Shown here piece by piece: positions 9,642 to 19,112 of a stretch of 64,000 bases of DNA. The position numbers and the translations under genes are program-made. Origin of the DNA: Bacilli bacterium (lineage in GTDB: Bacteria; Bacillota_I; Bacilli_A; RFN20; CAG-826); NCBI GenBank assembly GCA_017454295.1, contig JAFTDF010000030.1, positions 79,089 to 143,088 of the forward strand, written 5' to 3'. Positions within the stretch are counted from its first letter, which is position 1; the number at the start of each line of letters is the position of its first letter. The notes beneath the pieces are model-generated. The model did no database searches. It saw only the letters and a list, made by a program, of their open reading frames with translations, and was not told where the DNA came from.

Positions 9642-11807
9642 ATGAAGAAAGGCAAACTTACCTTAGGGCTTGTTGTCTCGCTTGCATCGCTTGGCGCACT
9701 CGCCGCATGTAACGAGGTGACTTACTCCGATGGCGTTGTGTTGTCCTATACTGACCCTCAAGGAAACCGTCTCAATTTCACCGCAGAAGAACTCTTCGGG
9801 ACCTATCAGACCACTTCCGGGCAGATCAACACCGACTTCAGCACCGTCGAAGAAGTCCTCATCCGCAAGTATTACCAATCCGGTGGCGGAAAGAGCCAAT
9901 TAGCCGAATTGGAAAAGAAGGCTGCTTTGGCCGTCCAATCCGTTAAGGATGAAGCGGAATCCAACGCGACCAACAACAAAACCAGCTACCAAGAGGAATT
10001 CGAGAAACTCCTCGCCAGTAACAAAGTCGAAAGCATCGACGAGCTTTACGAAGCCAAACTCTACGAAGAGGAAAAATCCGCTTTCACCAGCGAATTCAAT
10101 TCCAACACCCGTATCGAGGGTATGCGCGATGGCACTTATGCCGATGGCGATAAGACCGTCACCACCTTCCCCTATTCCGCCGAATATGGCGTTGGGGACG
10201 ATGGCTATCTCAAAGAGCAGCTCCCCTATCACGTCTCCCACATTCTCGTGAAGGTTTCCGCTGCCAGCAATGAGCACACCAATGGCACCATCACCGAAGC
10301 CGAATCCCGCAAGATCTCGGAAGTCGTGAAGTACATCGCCGGGGCCGACGTCACCGCCGGGACCTCGGGCGCGCGTTCTAGCTTTGGTCAAATCGCTTTG
10401 CAGAAATCCGATGACGAAGGCTCCGCCGCCAAATACGGCCAGCTCGACGTCATGGATCGCAACCAAGCCGACCAGTTCGTCAATGAATTCAAATTCGGCA
10501 TCTATGCCTATGAATCCATCTACAACCACGTCAACACCGACGCATCCGGCAACCCCTATGCCAATGCCGAACGGGCCTATCCCGATGGCAACGCGGAACA
10601 CAAATACAAATTGATCGACCGCCTCAAATTCCAAAACGACGCCACCTATAACAACGTCAATTTGGCACAGAGCGATGATGAAATCGCCGCCGGTCTCCCC
10701 GAAGGCCAGCACTATCTTGGCAACTTCTTCAATTCCAGCCGTCCCATCGGTTCCATCCCCTATGGCGCCGCGGTTGCCCTTGGCACCGATGACGTCGCGA
10801 AGAATCCTTCCCTCGGTTATGAAGTCAACGGCGGGTCGGATATCTACTATCCCCGTAACGTCCTCTTCAATAAATACTTCAACAACCACTGGGTCGCCGT
10901 CATCACCCCCGACGAAATCCCCTTCAACGAAATCGCCGATAAGAAGAACGTCACCCAGGACCAAGCCCGCACCGCCGTCCTTGGTACCGCCGAAAACAAC
11001 AAGTTTAACAACGAGAAGTTCGTTTCCACCGTCGGCAAAGACGAATACAAGGCCCTCCCCGGCTTCTCCGTGGACACCACTTCCGTCTTGCCCGAATTCA
11101 CCAACAACGTCCTTACCAACGATAAGGGCCAGGTGATTCTCGCCGTGCGCGCCGGTGCTTCTTCTTACCAAGGTATCCACTTCATGGCCATCGAACGTTC
11201 CGCCCTCTCCGAGTTCGGAACCACCGTCGATGCCACCACGAAGAAGATCCGTGAAATCACCGCTGCGGAACGCACCCCGACCGCCAACGTCGCCAACCTA
11301 TCCGAGTACTACACGATCTACACGCCCGAAAGCACCAACTTCCCGACCTACACCGCGGATGGTTCGGTCACGGCGAAGACCACTTACGTCAACTTGTTGA
11401 AACAATCCAAGTCCGACTACACCAAGACCTCGGATACCCTCGTCGGTCGGATCAAATCCTATAACACCGTCGCGGATACCTTCCGCTTCCAATACCTCAT
11501 CGAAGACGGCCAAATCCAATTCAATGAGGAGAACCCCTTGGTGAAGACCTTGAAGGTCGATATCCAACACTGGATCAACGCCAAGCGTGCCGATACCCGC
11601 GAATCGGGTCTCGATAGCTTCGATAACGCCTGGGCCACCTATGCCGAATACTTAAGCCGTGCCGAACAGGCCCGTGCTCTCAAGGCCGACGGCTCCCAGG
11701 ATCTCGTCTCCGAAGTCGCCGCCATCGGCTATTGGTCCAACGACGCGAAAAATGCCCAGAACGATTGGGCGATTGGAGGTGCCTGCTATGGCTTTGCTAA
11801 AAAGTAA
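9642..11807 (+). CDS. lipoprotein, PrsA-like (parvulin-type foldase-like with large insertion)
   Basis: Signal peptide plus lipobox LGALAAC. PrsA-like N-domain pattern (EELFGTY...VEEVLIRKYY). Parvulin-like blocks YHVSHILVK, SDDEGSAAKYGQLDVMD..FVNEFKFGIYA and a distant closing block SYQGIHFMAIE. Confidence 0.6.
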   Translation: MKKGKLTLGLVVSLASLGALAACNEVTYSDGVVLSYTDPQGNRLNFTAEELFGTYQTTSGQINTDFSTVEEVLIRKYYQSGGGKSQLAELEKKAALAVQSVKDEAESNATNNKTSYQEEFEKLLASNKVESIDELYEAKLYEEEKSAFTSEFNSNTRIEGMRDGTYADGDKTVTTFPYSAEYGVGDDGYLKEQLPYHVSHILVKVSAASNEHTNGTITEAESRKISEVVKYIAGADVTAGTSGARSSFGQIALQKSDDEGSAAKYGQLDVMDRNQADQFVNEFKFGIYAYESIYNHVNTDASGNPYANAERAYPDGNAEHKYKLIDRLKFQNDATYNNVNLAQSDDEIAAGLPEGQHYLGNFFNSSRPIGSIPYGAAVALGTDDVAKNPSLGYEVNGGSDIYYPRNVLFNKYFNNHWVAVITPDEIPFNEIADKKNVTQDQARTAVLGTAENNKFNNEKFVSTVGKDEYKALPGFSVDTTSVLPEFTNNVLTNDKGQVILAVRAGASSYQGIHFMAIERSALSEFGTTVDATTKKIREITAAERTPTANVANLSEYYTIYTPESTNFPTYTADGSVTAKTTYVNLLKQSKSDYTKTSDTLVGRIKSYNTVADTFRFQYLIEDGQIQFNEENPLVKTLKVDIQHWINAKRADTRESGLDSFDNAWATYAEYLSRAEQARALKADGSQDLVSEVAAIGYWSNDAKNAQNDWAIGGACYGFAKK

Positions 11808-13593
11808 ACTCCGCGTCCTCGCCGTCGGTGCCTTAATGGCCAGCGCCTTAGGCCTTGCCTCCTGCTCCGATGTCAGTGTCGAGCTTCCCAAAGCCGAACA
11901 AGACGCCAAAATCCTCAATGTGACTGAGACCATCACCCACAATAACCTCGAAGATCTCTATGAGACCATCGTTCCGGGTGATTCCTCCTCCGCCGAAAAG
12001 GTCCTCAACGAAGTCTTACTCCGTCTTGCCTTCAACCGCAGCGGTTACTTCTTCGATCAAGGTGACCACCAAGGCTTAAAGACCCTCATGGCCAAGAAAG
12101 CGACCCTTTCCACCGAGGAATTCCAGAAAGCCTGCATCAATTGGGTCAAAGACGAAAAAGTCGTCCGTTTCGAAATCGACGGCGCCGAAGCCGCCTTCGT
12201 CACCAAGAAAGTGGAAGACTTCTATGCCCATATCATGACCGCCGTCAAGAAGGCCATGTGGGCGCACGTGACCAATTCCTCTTATCAGGAACGCGGTCTG
12301 TTCGTCGAAACCAAGTTCGCCAAGGAACAATACGCCAACCTCAACATCGATCAGGCCGCTTACGAAGCCATCGATAAGGCCGATCGCAAGACCTTGGTCG
12401 ACGGTTCCCACACCTTCGAAGATGTCGCCACTTACTTTGGGGACGCCTATTTGGACAACTATGCCAAATATCTCAGCCTCAACGTCCTCCCCGACATCTA
12501 CCGCAAAACGATTGTGGAAGATTACCTCATCGACGAGAACTATTCCTCCCTCGGCCATTCCTATGCCCGTAAGGTCCAATACATCGCGTTGAAGGAATCC
12601 GAAAACGATGCCATGTCAACCTCGAAACTCGTTTCCGCTTATGCCAAACGGGTGCTCGAATCCACCGCTAGCGACATGAACACCGCGATCCACGACGTCA
12701 TGGCCGCCCCTGCCGAAATCGTCATCGACGAGGCCGCCGGTGCCGCCTTCCGCGACTTCCACTTCCTCGATCGCCTCTATAACGGAACCTTTGCTTCTAG
12801 CGGCGCCGAATACTACCTCGCCCGCTTGATCTATCAGGATGCCGGTTTGGAAGTGAAGGTCTCCAACATCGGAGCGACCCCGGTCACCTACTATCCCGCG
12901 ACCAAACTCGGCGATGTCTATGAACAATACTTCAAGGCACAGAACGACAACCGTTGGAACCACACCTCCACCACCCTCGATTTCACCGGGGATGGTGCCT
13001 ATACCCGTGAAACTGGTTTGCTCATCGAAAGCCGCAAGGCCTACGCCGCCAACGAAGTCACCGAAGGCTGGTACACCTCTTCCGAGCTTAGCTCTGTCGT
13101 CTCCGCCTTCAAGGATCGCCTCTTTAAGATCCAAGTCGCCAACGAAGTCGATTCCCTCGACCCCGCCGCGACCGTCAAGAACGACTCCTTGAGCTATGGT
13201 TGCTACCGCCAAGGCAATTACTACATCATCCCCGAGACCCGCGAATCCGGCGATGCCCATCCTTATCTCTACTACGATAAGTCCTCTTCCTCTTGGGTTA
13301 TCCTCCGCGTCGACGAGGCCGTTAAGGGTTCCAAACTTGCCTATAGCAGCAACTACAACCCCGAAGTCGCTGGCTCGGTTCCTTCCACCTATAACGACTT
13401 CGCCAAAGCCGGCCGCCGCAATGGCAAGGCCAGCCAAGACGAAATCGTCCTCACCGTGGCTGGTTTGATGGCTTCGAGCGAGACCTACACCAAGGCCGCC
13501 CGCCAGAAAACCGTCGAAAACGCCAAGATCGAATACCACGATCAATCCGTTTACGACTACTTCAAAACCACGTTCCCCGATCTCTTCGATTAA
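11788..13593 (+). CDS. lipoprotein, unknown function (possible chaperone-like paralogue of upstream gene)
   Basis: Start chosen at ATG 11788 (MALLKSKLRVLAVGALMASALGLASC, lipobox LASC), preceded by GGAGG. Overlaps the upstream gene by 20 nt. Confidence 0.75.
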   Translation: MALLKSKLRVLAVGALMASALGLASCSDVSVELPKAEQDAKILNVTETITHNNLEDLYETIVPGDSSSAEKVLNEVLLRLAFNRSGYFFDQGDHQGLKTLMAKKATLSTEEFQKACINWVKDEKVVRFEIDGAEAAFVTKKVEDFYAHIMTAVKKAMWAHVTNSSYQERGLFVETKFAKEQYANLNIDQAAYEAIDKADRKTLVDGSHTFEDVATYFGDAYLDNYAKYLSLNVLPDIYRKTIVEDYLIDENYSSLGHSYARKVQYIALKESENDAMSTSKLVSAYAKRVLESTASDMNTAIHDVMAAPAEIVIDEAAGAAFRDFHFLDRLYNGTFASSGAEYYLARLIYQDAGLEVKVSNIGATPVTYYPATKLGDVYEQYFKAQNDNRWNHTSTTLDFTGDGAYTRETGLLIESRKAYAANEVTEGWYTSSELSSVVSAFKDRLFKIQVANEVDSLDPAATVKNDSLSYGCYRQGNYYIIPETRESGDAHPYLYYDKSSSSWVILRVDEAVKGSKLAYSSNYNPEVAGSVPSTYNDFAKAGRRNGKASQDEIVLTVAGLMASSETYTKAARQKTVENAKIEYHDQSVYDYFKTTFPDLFD

Positions 13594-13603
13594 GGGTTCT
13601 TCA

Positions 13604-13629
13604 GGCAGGGTCCATCCCTGCCTTTTTTC
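13604..13629 (+). terminator. rho-independent terminator
   Basis: GGCAGGG-TCCAT-CCCTGCC followed by TTTTTT. Confidence 0.7.
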
Positions 13630-13644
13630 TAACGGAGGTCTCCT

Positions 13645-14061
13645 ATGAAAGACGTATTTTGCAGAATCATCGCAGGGGAAATTCCCTGCACCAAAGTCTA
13701 TGAAGACGACGATGTCTTGGCCATCTTAGACATTTCCCAAGTCACCAAGGGTCATACCTTGGTCATGCCCAAAGCTCATTATGAGCACATGCTCTCTTGC
13801 CCGGCGGATTTGCTTGGCAAGGTCATGGCCGTGGCGCGGCGCATCGGGCAGGCGGAAGTCGAGGTCTTGGGCGCCCAGGGCGTCAACATCCTCACCAACG
13901 TGGGGGAAGCCGCCGGACAAAGCGTGCCCCACTTCCATGTCCACGTCATCCCTCGTTACACCAGCAGCGAAGGTGGGTTCTTGCTGGAAATGAAACAGCA
14001 AGACACCTCGGGCTACGATTTGCCGCGTTTGGCCCACGATATCTCCAAAGCGATCGACTAA
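13645..14061 (+). CDS. HIT-family nucleotide hydrolase/transferase
   Basis: Histidine triad HFHVHVIPR. 138 aa. GGAGG RBS. Confidence 0.9.
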   Translation: MKDVFCRIIAGEIPCTKVYEDDDVLAILDISQVTKGHTLVMPKAHYEHMLSCPADLLGKVMAVARRIGQAEVEVLGAQGVNILTNVGEAAGQSVPHFHVHVIPRYTSSEGGFLLEMKQQDTSGYDLPRLAHDISKAID

Positions 14062-14065
14062 GCGA

Positions 14066-14095
14066 AAGGGGCTGCTTCCGACAGCCCCTTTTTCT
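14066..14095. terminator. hairpin terminator between convergent hit and yhaM
   Basis: 9-bp stem AAGGGGCTG / CAGCCCCTT with a 7-nt loop, followed by TTTT on the plus strand. Confidence 0.6.
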
Positions 14096-15138
14096 TATTT
14101 CTTCAAGTCTTCGAGTTCTTCTTCTAACGAGGTTCCCACCGGGACCGTCTCTTTACTATATATAGGATAATAGAAGTAACGGTCATCCATATTGGCCAAA
14201 CGGGCCGTGTAGTTGCCTTTGGCGATGTCGGCGTAGGCTTTGTCGAGGATATTCATCTTCGCATCGAGATCGTCGATTAACGCCAGCACGAACGATTCTC
14301 TGGTCAGCGGCAAAACCGGGGAGCCGAATTCTTGTTTGCCATGGTGCGACAAGAACATATGCTCAAAGACCACGGCGATCTCTTTCTTGCGGTAGAGGGG
14401 ATGCTCCAACGTCTTTTCCGCTTCCGGCAAATCGTCATAGGCGAAATAGCCGAGTTTCGTGGCGATGGCGCGACATTCGGCCTGCCCTAAGGAAATATGG
14501 CCAAGGAGTTTTCCTTCTAACGTAAAGGAGGTGGCGTTGGGCCCGGAGAGCTCGATGGTCTTGCCCATATCATGGACCAAAGCGCCGCCTAAAAGGATAT
14601 CGCGGTTGATATTGGGATAAACGGAGGCGACCTTCACCGCCATATCCGCCATCGTCAAGGAATGGTAGAGCAGCCCGGAGACGTAATTATGGTGATTGCG
14701 GACCGCGGCCGGCCAAATCAGGTATTTGCCGCCGAAATGGTCCAAAATGCCCTTGGTAAGCGTCTTCACATCCGGGTCGGCAATGGCGTCCACATAGGCG
14801 TCTAATTTCGCTTTGAGGGCCGTTAATTCGACGGGAGCGTTGGGAATGAAGGAAGTCCAGTCCACTTGATCTTCGGATAGGGTTTCGCCCCGATGGACCT
14901 TTAGTTGAAGCACTTCGCGATAACGAAGCACATCGGCAGTGACGGAAACGACTTTCCCTTTTTCGAAGATGGCCTCGTCTTCGGGATAGACGTCCCATTT
15001 CTTGCCTTCGATGGTGCCGCTGCGATCTTGCAGGGTGAGGTTGAGATAACTTTTCTGGGCGGCGGTCACGCCTTTTTTGCAATCGACCACGAGCAAATCG
15101 GCGATGATGCGTTGCCCGTCTTGGAAATCACGGATCAT
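14095..15138 (-). CDS. yhaM: 3'-5' exoribonuclease YhaM (OB-fold + HD domain)
   Basis: N-terminal OB-fold-like region plus HD-domain motifs (HHNYVSGLLYHS, LVHDMGK). 347 aa. Confidence 0.8.
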   Translation of the reverse strand: MIRDFQDGQRIIADLLVVDCKKGVTAAQKSYLNLTLQDRSGTIEGKKWDVYPEDEAIFEKGKVVSVTADVLRYREVLQLKVHRGETLSEDQVDWTSFIPNAPVELTALKAKLDAYVDAIADPDVKTLTKGILDHFGGKYLIWPAAVRNHHNYVSGLLYHSLTMADMAVKVASVYPNINRDILLGGALVHDMGKTIELSGPNATSFTLEGKLLGHISLGQAECRAIATKLGYFAYDDLPEAEKTLEHPLYRKKEIAVVFEHMFLSHHGKQEFGSPVLPLTRESFVLALIDDLDAKMNILDKAYADIAKGNYTARLANMDDRYFYYPIYSKETVPVGTSLEEELEDLKK

Positions 15139-15941
15139 TCTTCTTCTCCTTGGGCCATGATGGCCTTGATATCCTCGTGGCGGAAGCCTTTCTTCCGCAA
15201 GGAGGCATAAATACGTTGATTGAGTTCATACCCACCGTATTTCCGGGCATATTTGGCCCGAGCCAAACGGTAATGTCGGTCAAGAAGCCGGGTTTCGACT
15301 TCCTTTTCCGGCGGCACGACGCAGGATTCCACGGCCTCGTGAGCTACCGTTTCGTCAAAGCCCCGTTGCAATAAGGCGGCATAAGCCTTTTGCTTTTTCT
15401 TTTCGGAGGGGCTGATGAATTTAGAGTTGAGCAAAGAGGCATAACGGAAGGCTTTTTCGCGCTCGGTTTCCTCTTTGAACTTCAAGGTCTTCAGCACGTC
15501 TTCGGGAATCCCTTTTTGACGGAGTTCCTGAAGGATTTTCTTCTTGCCGTAATAACGGAAGGCCCCGATATCTTTGGCATAGGTCCGCGCATAGGCCTCA
15601 TCATCGATGAGCTTTTGGTCCTTGAGTCGTTTGACGATGGAATAGACGGTATCTTGGTCCAGTTCCTTGTTCAGCAACTTGGCAGAGATTTCCGCTTCGG
15701 TGAGGACGCGCTTGGTCAACCAGCGGAGGGCTTGCGAATAGTAGGTATCCTCGTAAGTGGCTTTGAGCAATGCGGAAAGCTCCTCTTCGGTGAGTTCTTT
15801 GCCTTCATACACCCGGAACTCGGTGAAGGTGGCGGCGGAAAGCAGCAGCTTATTGCCGGAAGCGAAGCTCACTTCCACCCCGCTTTTGCGGTAACGGATG
15901 GAAACGACGGTATCACCAGTTCTTTTTTCGGACACGTTCAT
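15135..15941 (-). CDS. recX: recombination regulator RecX
   Basis: Repeated three-helix RecX-like modules (…YYSQALRWLTKRVLTEAEISAKL…DDEAYARTYAKD…). The start is uncertain: ATG 15956 or 15941. Both overlap the upstream glycosyltransferase. Confidence 0.75.
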   Translation of the reverse strand: MNVSEKRTGDTVVSIRYRKSGVEVSFASGNKLLLSAATFTEFRVYEGKELTEEELSALLKATYEDTYYSQALRWLTKRVLTEAEISAKLLNKELDQDTVYSIVKRLKDQKLIDDEAYARTYAKDIGAFRYYGKKKILQELRQKGIPEDVLKTLKFKEETEREKAFRYASLLNSKFISPSEKKKQKAYAALLQRGFDETVAHEAVESCVVPPEKEVETRLLDRHYRLARAKYARKYGGYELNQRIYASLRKKGFRHEDIKAIMAQGEEE

Positions 15942-17088
15942 AGACCTCGTAGACATTTTCGTAGAAGCGCTGCATCGAATAGGGATCGATGGCCTTTAAG
16001 GCGCCGGCTTCGATCTTTTTGCGTTTGGCGGCATCCAAGTGGATGACCGTATCGAATTTCTCGACCAAATCGTCTTCGCTAAAGAAGAAGAATCCCGATT
16101 CCCCTTCGGAGATGGTGTGGGCCAAGTTATCGTCATAACGGGCAAGCACCACCAGCCGAGCCGCCATGGCTTCCATGTAGGTGAGCCCTTGGGTCTCAGT
16201 TAAGGAGGCGGAAACGAAGCAATCGCCAAGCCGATAATAATCCTGGGTCTCGCTAGGATCGCATTTGCCGGCGAACACCACGCTTTTGCCCAAATCCAAA
16301 TGGGCGCAGAGTTCTTTCAATTCATCTTCGGCGGGACCCCAGCCAACGATGACGAGTTTGGTTTTGGTCTCCGGATGGAGATCGCGGTATTTCCGATACG
16401 CACGCATCACCAAATCGATGGATTTTTCTTTGGCGACGCGCCCTAAGGAAAGAATGACATAGTCATCGGGGGCGATTTTCAATTTCTTTTTTAACGCCGC
16501 CGTTTTGGCCTTGTCTTCTTTGGCGACGTCGAACCGTTCGAATTCGATGCCGGTGGGAATGACGTCGATCACCGAATCGACGTTGATGGAACGGAGATAG
16601 TTTTTGATTTTGTCGCTGGGGGCGATCATCGAGTCGAACATATTCGATTTGGCCCGATAGAACCAGCGTACCGAGTGGCGGGCAAAACGATCGAAATGGC
16701 CCTTGGTCACATAGTAGGCATAATCTTCGATCATCGTATGGAAGGTGTAGATGGAACCGACGTGGAGTTGTGAGGCGGCGATCATCCCGAAGGTACCAAC
16801 CATCATATCCGATTGGATGTGAATGATATCCGGCTTGAAGTAAGCCACGATTTCCATGGCTTTCTTGTCATAGAATTTGGTGAGTCGATAACCGTACATC
16901 TGCTTGAGTTCGCGGCCCGGCATTCGTAAGATTCCATCTTCGAAAAGGATGTCGTTTCCAAAAGGATTGGTCGTAACCAAAAGGACATTATGGCCATGGG
17001 CCATGAGGGTCTTGCGAAGGTTGGCGCAAGAGGTGGCAACCCCGTTGATTTCCGGTGGATAGGTATCGGTGAAAATGGCGATGTTCAT
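15913..17088 (-). CDS. GT4-family glycosyltransferase, diacylglycerol glucosyltransferase-like
   Basis: MNIAIFTDTYPPEINGVATS N-terminus, typical of glycolipid synthases. EX7E region ETQGLTYMEAMA. Start taken at ATG 17088. Confidence 0.8.
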   Translation of the reverse strand: MNIAIFTDTYPPEINGVATSCANLRKTLMAHGHNVLLVTTNPFGNDILFEDGILRMPGRELKQMYGYRLTKFYDKKAMEIVAYFKPDIIHIQSDMMVGTFGMIAASQLHVGSIYTFHTMIEDYAYYVTKGHFDRFARHSVRWFYRAKSNMFDSMIAPSDKIKNYLRSINVDSVIDVIPTGIEFERFDVAKEDKAKTAALKKKLKIAPDDYVILSLGRVAKEKSIDLVMRAYRKYRDLHPETKTKLVIVGWGPAEDELKELCAHLDLGKSVVFAGKCDPSETQDYYRLGDCFVSASLTETQGLTYMEAMAARLVVLARYDDNLAHTISEGESGFFFFSEDDLVEKFDTVIHLDAAKRKKIEAGALKAIDPYSMQRFYENVYEVYERVRKKNW

Positions 17089-18497
17089 AAGTCCCAATGC
17101 TCCCAATCATCCGCCTTTTTCTTCTTTTGTTTCGGTGGTTTTGCGGGTTTTTCCGGTTTGGCTTTCTTTTTGGGCCCGACCACGCCGAATTCCGGCCCGT
17201 CATTGGGGTCTTCGGCTAAGCCGATGTTGCTCTTCCAGTCCGGATCGTTGAGCCGTTTCTGGATTTCTTTCCGTGAGAACTGGCGGGTTTCATACATTGT
17301 GTCGCTGGAACGACGACGTTCATCGTAGGTCTCTAATTGCAAAGTAACGAAGGTCTTGCGGTTGGCAAAACGGATATCGGCGGCCTGGCCGCGGGAACGA
17401 TAAAGCGCGGCCACCATGCCGGCGACGAGCAAAGGCAAATGGAAGGTGGCGGTACGCCAAATGATTTGAGAGGCGGAAACGATCGCCAAATTCGAATCGA
17501 AATAATTCTTGAAGAGTTGGTTATAGAAAAACTCGGAAACACCAGCGGCGCCAGGGACCGGGATTAAGCCCGTGACCATTTGGTGGAAGTTCGACATAAA
17601 CGCCGAATCCATCATCTTCCCAAAATCGAATTGCGCCCCTTCGCCCCAAGCGTGCAAAGCAAGGCCCGCGAAATAAGGGATGGAGGAGCGAAGCATAATC
17701 ATGATGAAGAAGAGCACAACTTCCAAAATGAGCACCGGGACATTCGACATCAAACGGCGAAGTTCCAATTTGAAGTTTTCGACTTGGACACGTAGGTTTT
17801 CACGGGTCTTGTCGGGGTTCTTAATCAAACGGATCTTGCCGAAGAAGCCAATCACATAATGGAGGATAAAGTTATGGAATTTGTGGCTGTAACTCATGGC
17901 AAAAAGCATGAAGATGACGAATAGGTTCAGCCCAAAGCCAAAGATCACCAGCGGGGTAATCGGAATCAAAATGGGATCGCCGCTGGTGGCGATGGGGAAG
18001 GGGTCGATGCCCATGACTTGGTTCCAGTCGATGATCAAGGCGACGATATCGATCAAAATGAGCGTCACCTGATAGATGATCGACCACATGACGGCGATGG
18101 AGGCGGCGTTGGAAACCTGCACGCCTTGGCTCTTCATGGTGTAGACCTGCATCACCTGGCCGCCGCTGGCGCCCGGGGTGACCGATGAATAGAATTGCCC
18201 CACCAAAGAAGTGGCGAGGCCTTGATGGAATTTATAACGCCTGGTGTAGAGGCGGCAGAACACCAAAATGATTAAGGCATCGACGCAATAAGAGAGGGCC
18301 ACGATGCCCACGATAACGAACAAGAAGCGATAATCGCAACGAGACAAAGCGTCGACGACTTGGTCGAAGGTTTGGTAAAGCGAAAGATACAGCGAGATGC
18401 CGGTGGCCACCAAAACGATGAGGATGTAAAGCACGTATTTGAGCTTGCCACCATTCTTTTTGGCGCTGGGTTGATCGTTGAAATTCGAATCTGCCAT
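17085..18497 (-). CDS. flippase-like (UPF0104 / lysyl-PG synthase TM-region family) membrane protein with Lys-rich tail
   Basis: About 8 predicted TM segments across the 470-aa ORF. C-terminal tail GPKKKAKPEKPAKPPKQKKKKADDWEHWDL. The family assignment is by overall resemblance only. Confidence 0.6.
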   Translation of the reverse strand: MADSNFNDQPSAKKNGGKLKYVLYILIVLVATGISLYLSLYQTFDQVVDALSRCDYRFLFVIVGIVALSYCVDALIILVFCRLYTRRYKFHQGLATSLVGQFYSSVTPGASGGQVMQVYTMKSQGVQVSNAASIAVMWSIIYQVTLILIDIVALIIDWNQVMGIDPFPIATSGDPILIPITPLVIFGFGLNLFVIFMLFAMSYSHKFHNFILHYVIGFFGKIRLIKNPDKTRENLRVQVENFKLELRRLMSNVPVLILEVVLFFIMIMLRSSIPYFAGLALHAWGEGAQFDFGKMMDSAFMSNFHQMVTGLIPVPGAAGVSEFFYNQLFKNYFDSNLAIVSASQIIWRTATFHLPLLVAGMVAALYRSRGQAADIRFANRKTFVTLQLETYDERRRSSDTMYETRQFSRKEIQKRLNDPDWKSNIGLAEDPNDGPEFGVVGPKKKAKPEKPAKPPKQKKKKADDWEHWDL

Positions 18498-18505
18498 GTG
18501 GACTA

Positions 18506-18511
18506 AGTATA
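18506..18511 (-). promoter_or_regulatory. -10-like TATACT 8 nt upstream of ATG 18497
   Basis: Minus strand reads TATACT-tagtccac-ATG with no Shine-Dalgarno sequence, so this is a leaderless candidate. Confidence 0.3.
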
Positions 18512-18584
18512 GTCCAACTCAAAGAAGAAGAAAATGCAGACGAAAGAATTTGGCTAACAAAGCCAAACCGCAACGCGTGAAAAC

Positions 18585-19064
18585 CTAGCGGCGGAAGGAA
18601 ATATAGGTCATTTTGCCTTTGTTATCGGCGAAGCCAAAATAATACTCGCCCGGCCCTAGATGTTCGCTTAGGAAATGGAAAATGGCGAAATAAGAATCAT
18701 CCTTCCCTAGATGCAAAGTGGAGGTGGAAAAATCCCAATGCCCATGGCTCTTCCCCGTTTCGATGGGACTATTGTCCATAGGGGTCACGAGTTGATATTT
18801 CTTCCCGTTCTTGGTGAATAATCCGAATCCGGAAAACACCAGGTCACGGTTCGAAGAATTGAAGAATTTGGCTTCGATGCGAAGCTCGTCATAACGAATG
18901 GTCGAGAGCACCGACAATTCCACGGAGAGCCCACCCGAAACCTTTAACGCGGTGGCGATACGAATCAAAAGAATCACCAAAATGGCGCCTCCGGCGGAGC
19001 CTAAAATCGTCCAGATTCCGACGGTTGGGGTAGCAGATTCGAGGAATAGGGAAAGGATGCCCAT
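18585..19064 (-). CDS. hypothetical membrane-anchored protein
   Basis: 159-aa ORF with one N-terminal TM (IWTILGSAGGAILVILLIRI) and a beta-rich-looking remainder. No recognisable motif and no clear RBS. Confidence 0.45.
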   Translation of the reverse strand: MGILSLFLESATPTVGIWTILGSAGGAILVILLIRIATALKVSGGLSVELSVLSTIRYDELRIEAKFFNSSNRDLVFSGFGLFTKNGKKYQLVTPMDNSPIETGKSHGHWDFSTSTLHLGKDDSYFAIFHFLSEHLGPGEYYFGFADNKGKMTYISFRR

Positions 19065-19112
19065 AGGAAAAGGATACTTCTTTTCTAGAGAAACGGAGAG
19101 TAAAAGCGGTTT

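Noticed and set aside
9900-11180. 426-aa ORF antisense to the first lipoprotein gene. Similar long antisense ORFs occur at 12616..13545, 12076..12579, 52749..53825, 53658..54224 and 60455..61012.
   Set aside because: Their translations are Gly/Val/Asp/Glu/Phe-rich low-information sequences with no RBS. They lie opposite genes with clear protein signatures. They are explained by the strong C-ending codon bias of the sense genes, which removes stop codons from the opposite strand.
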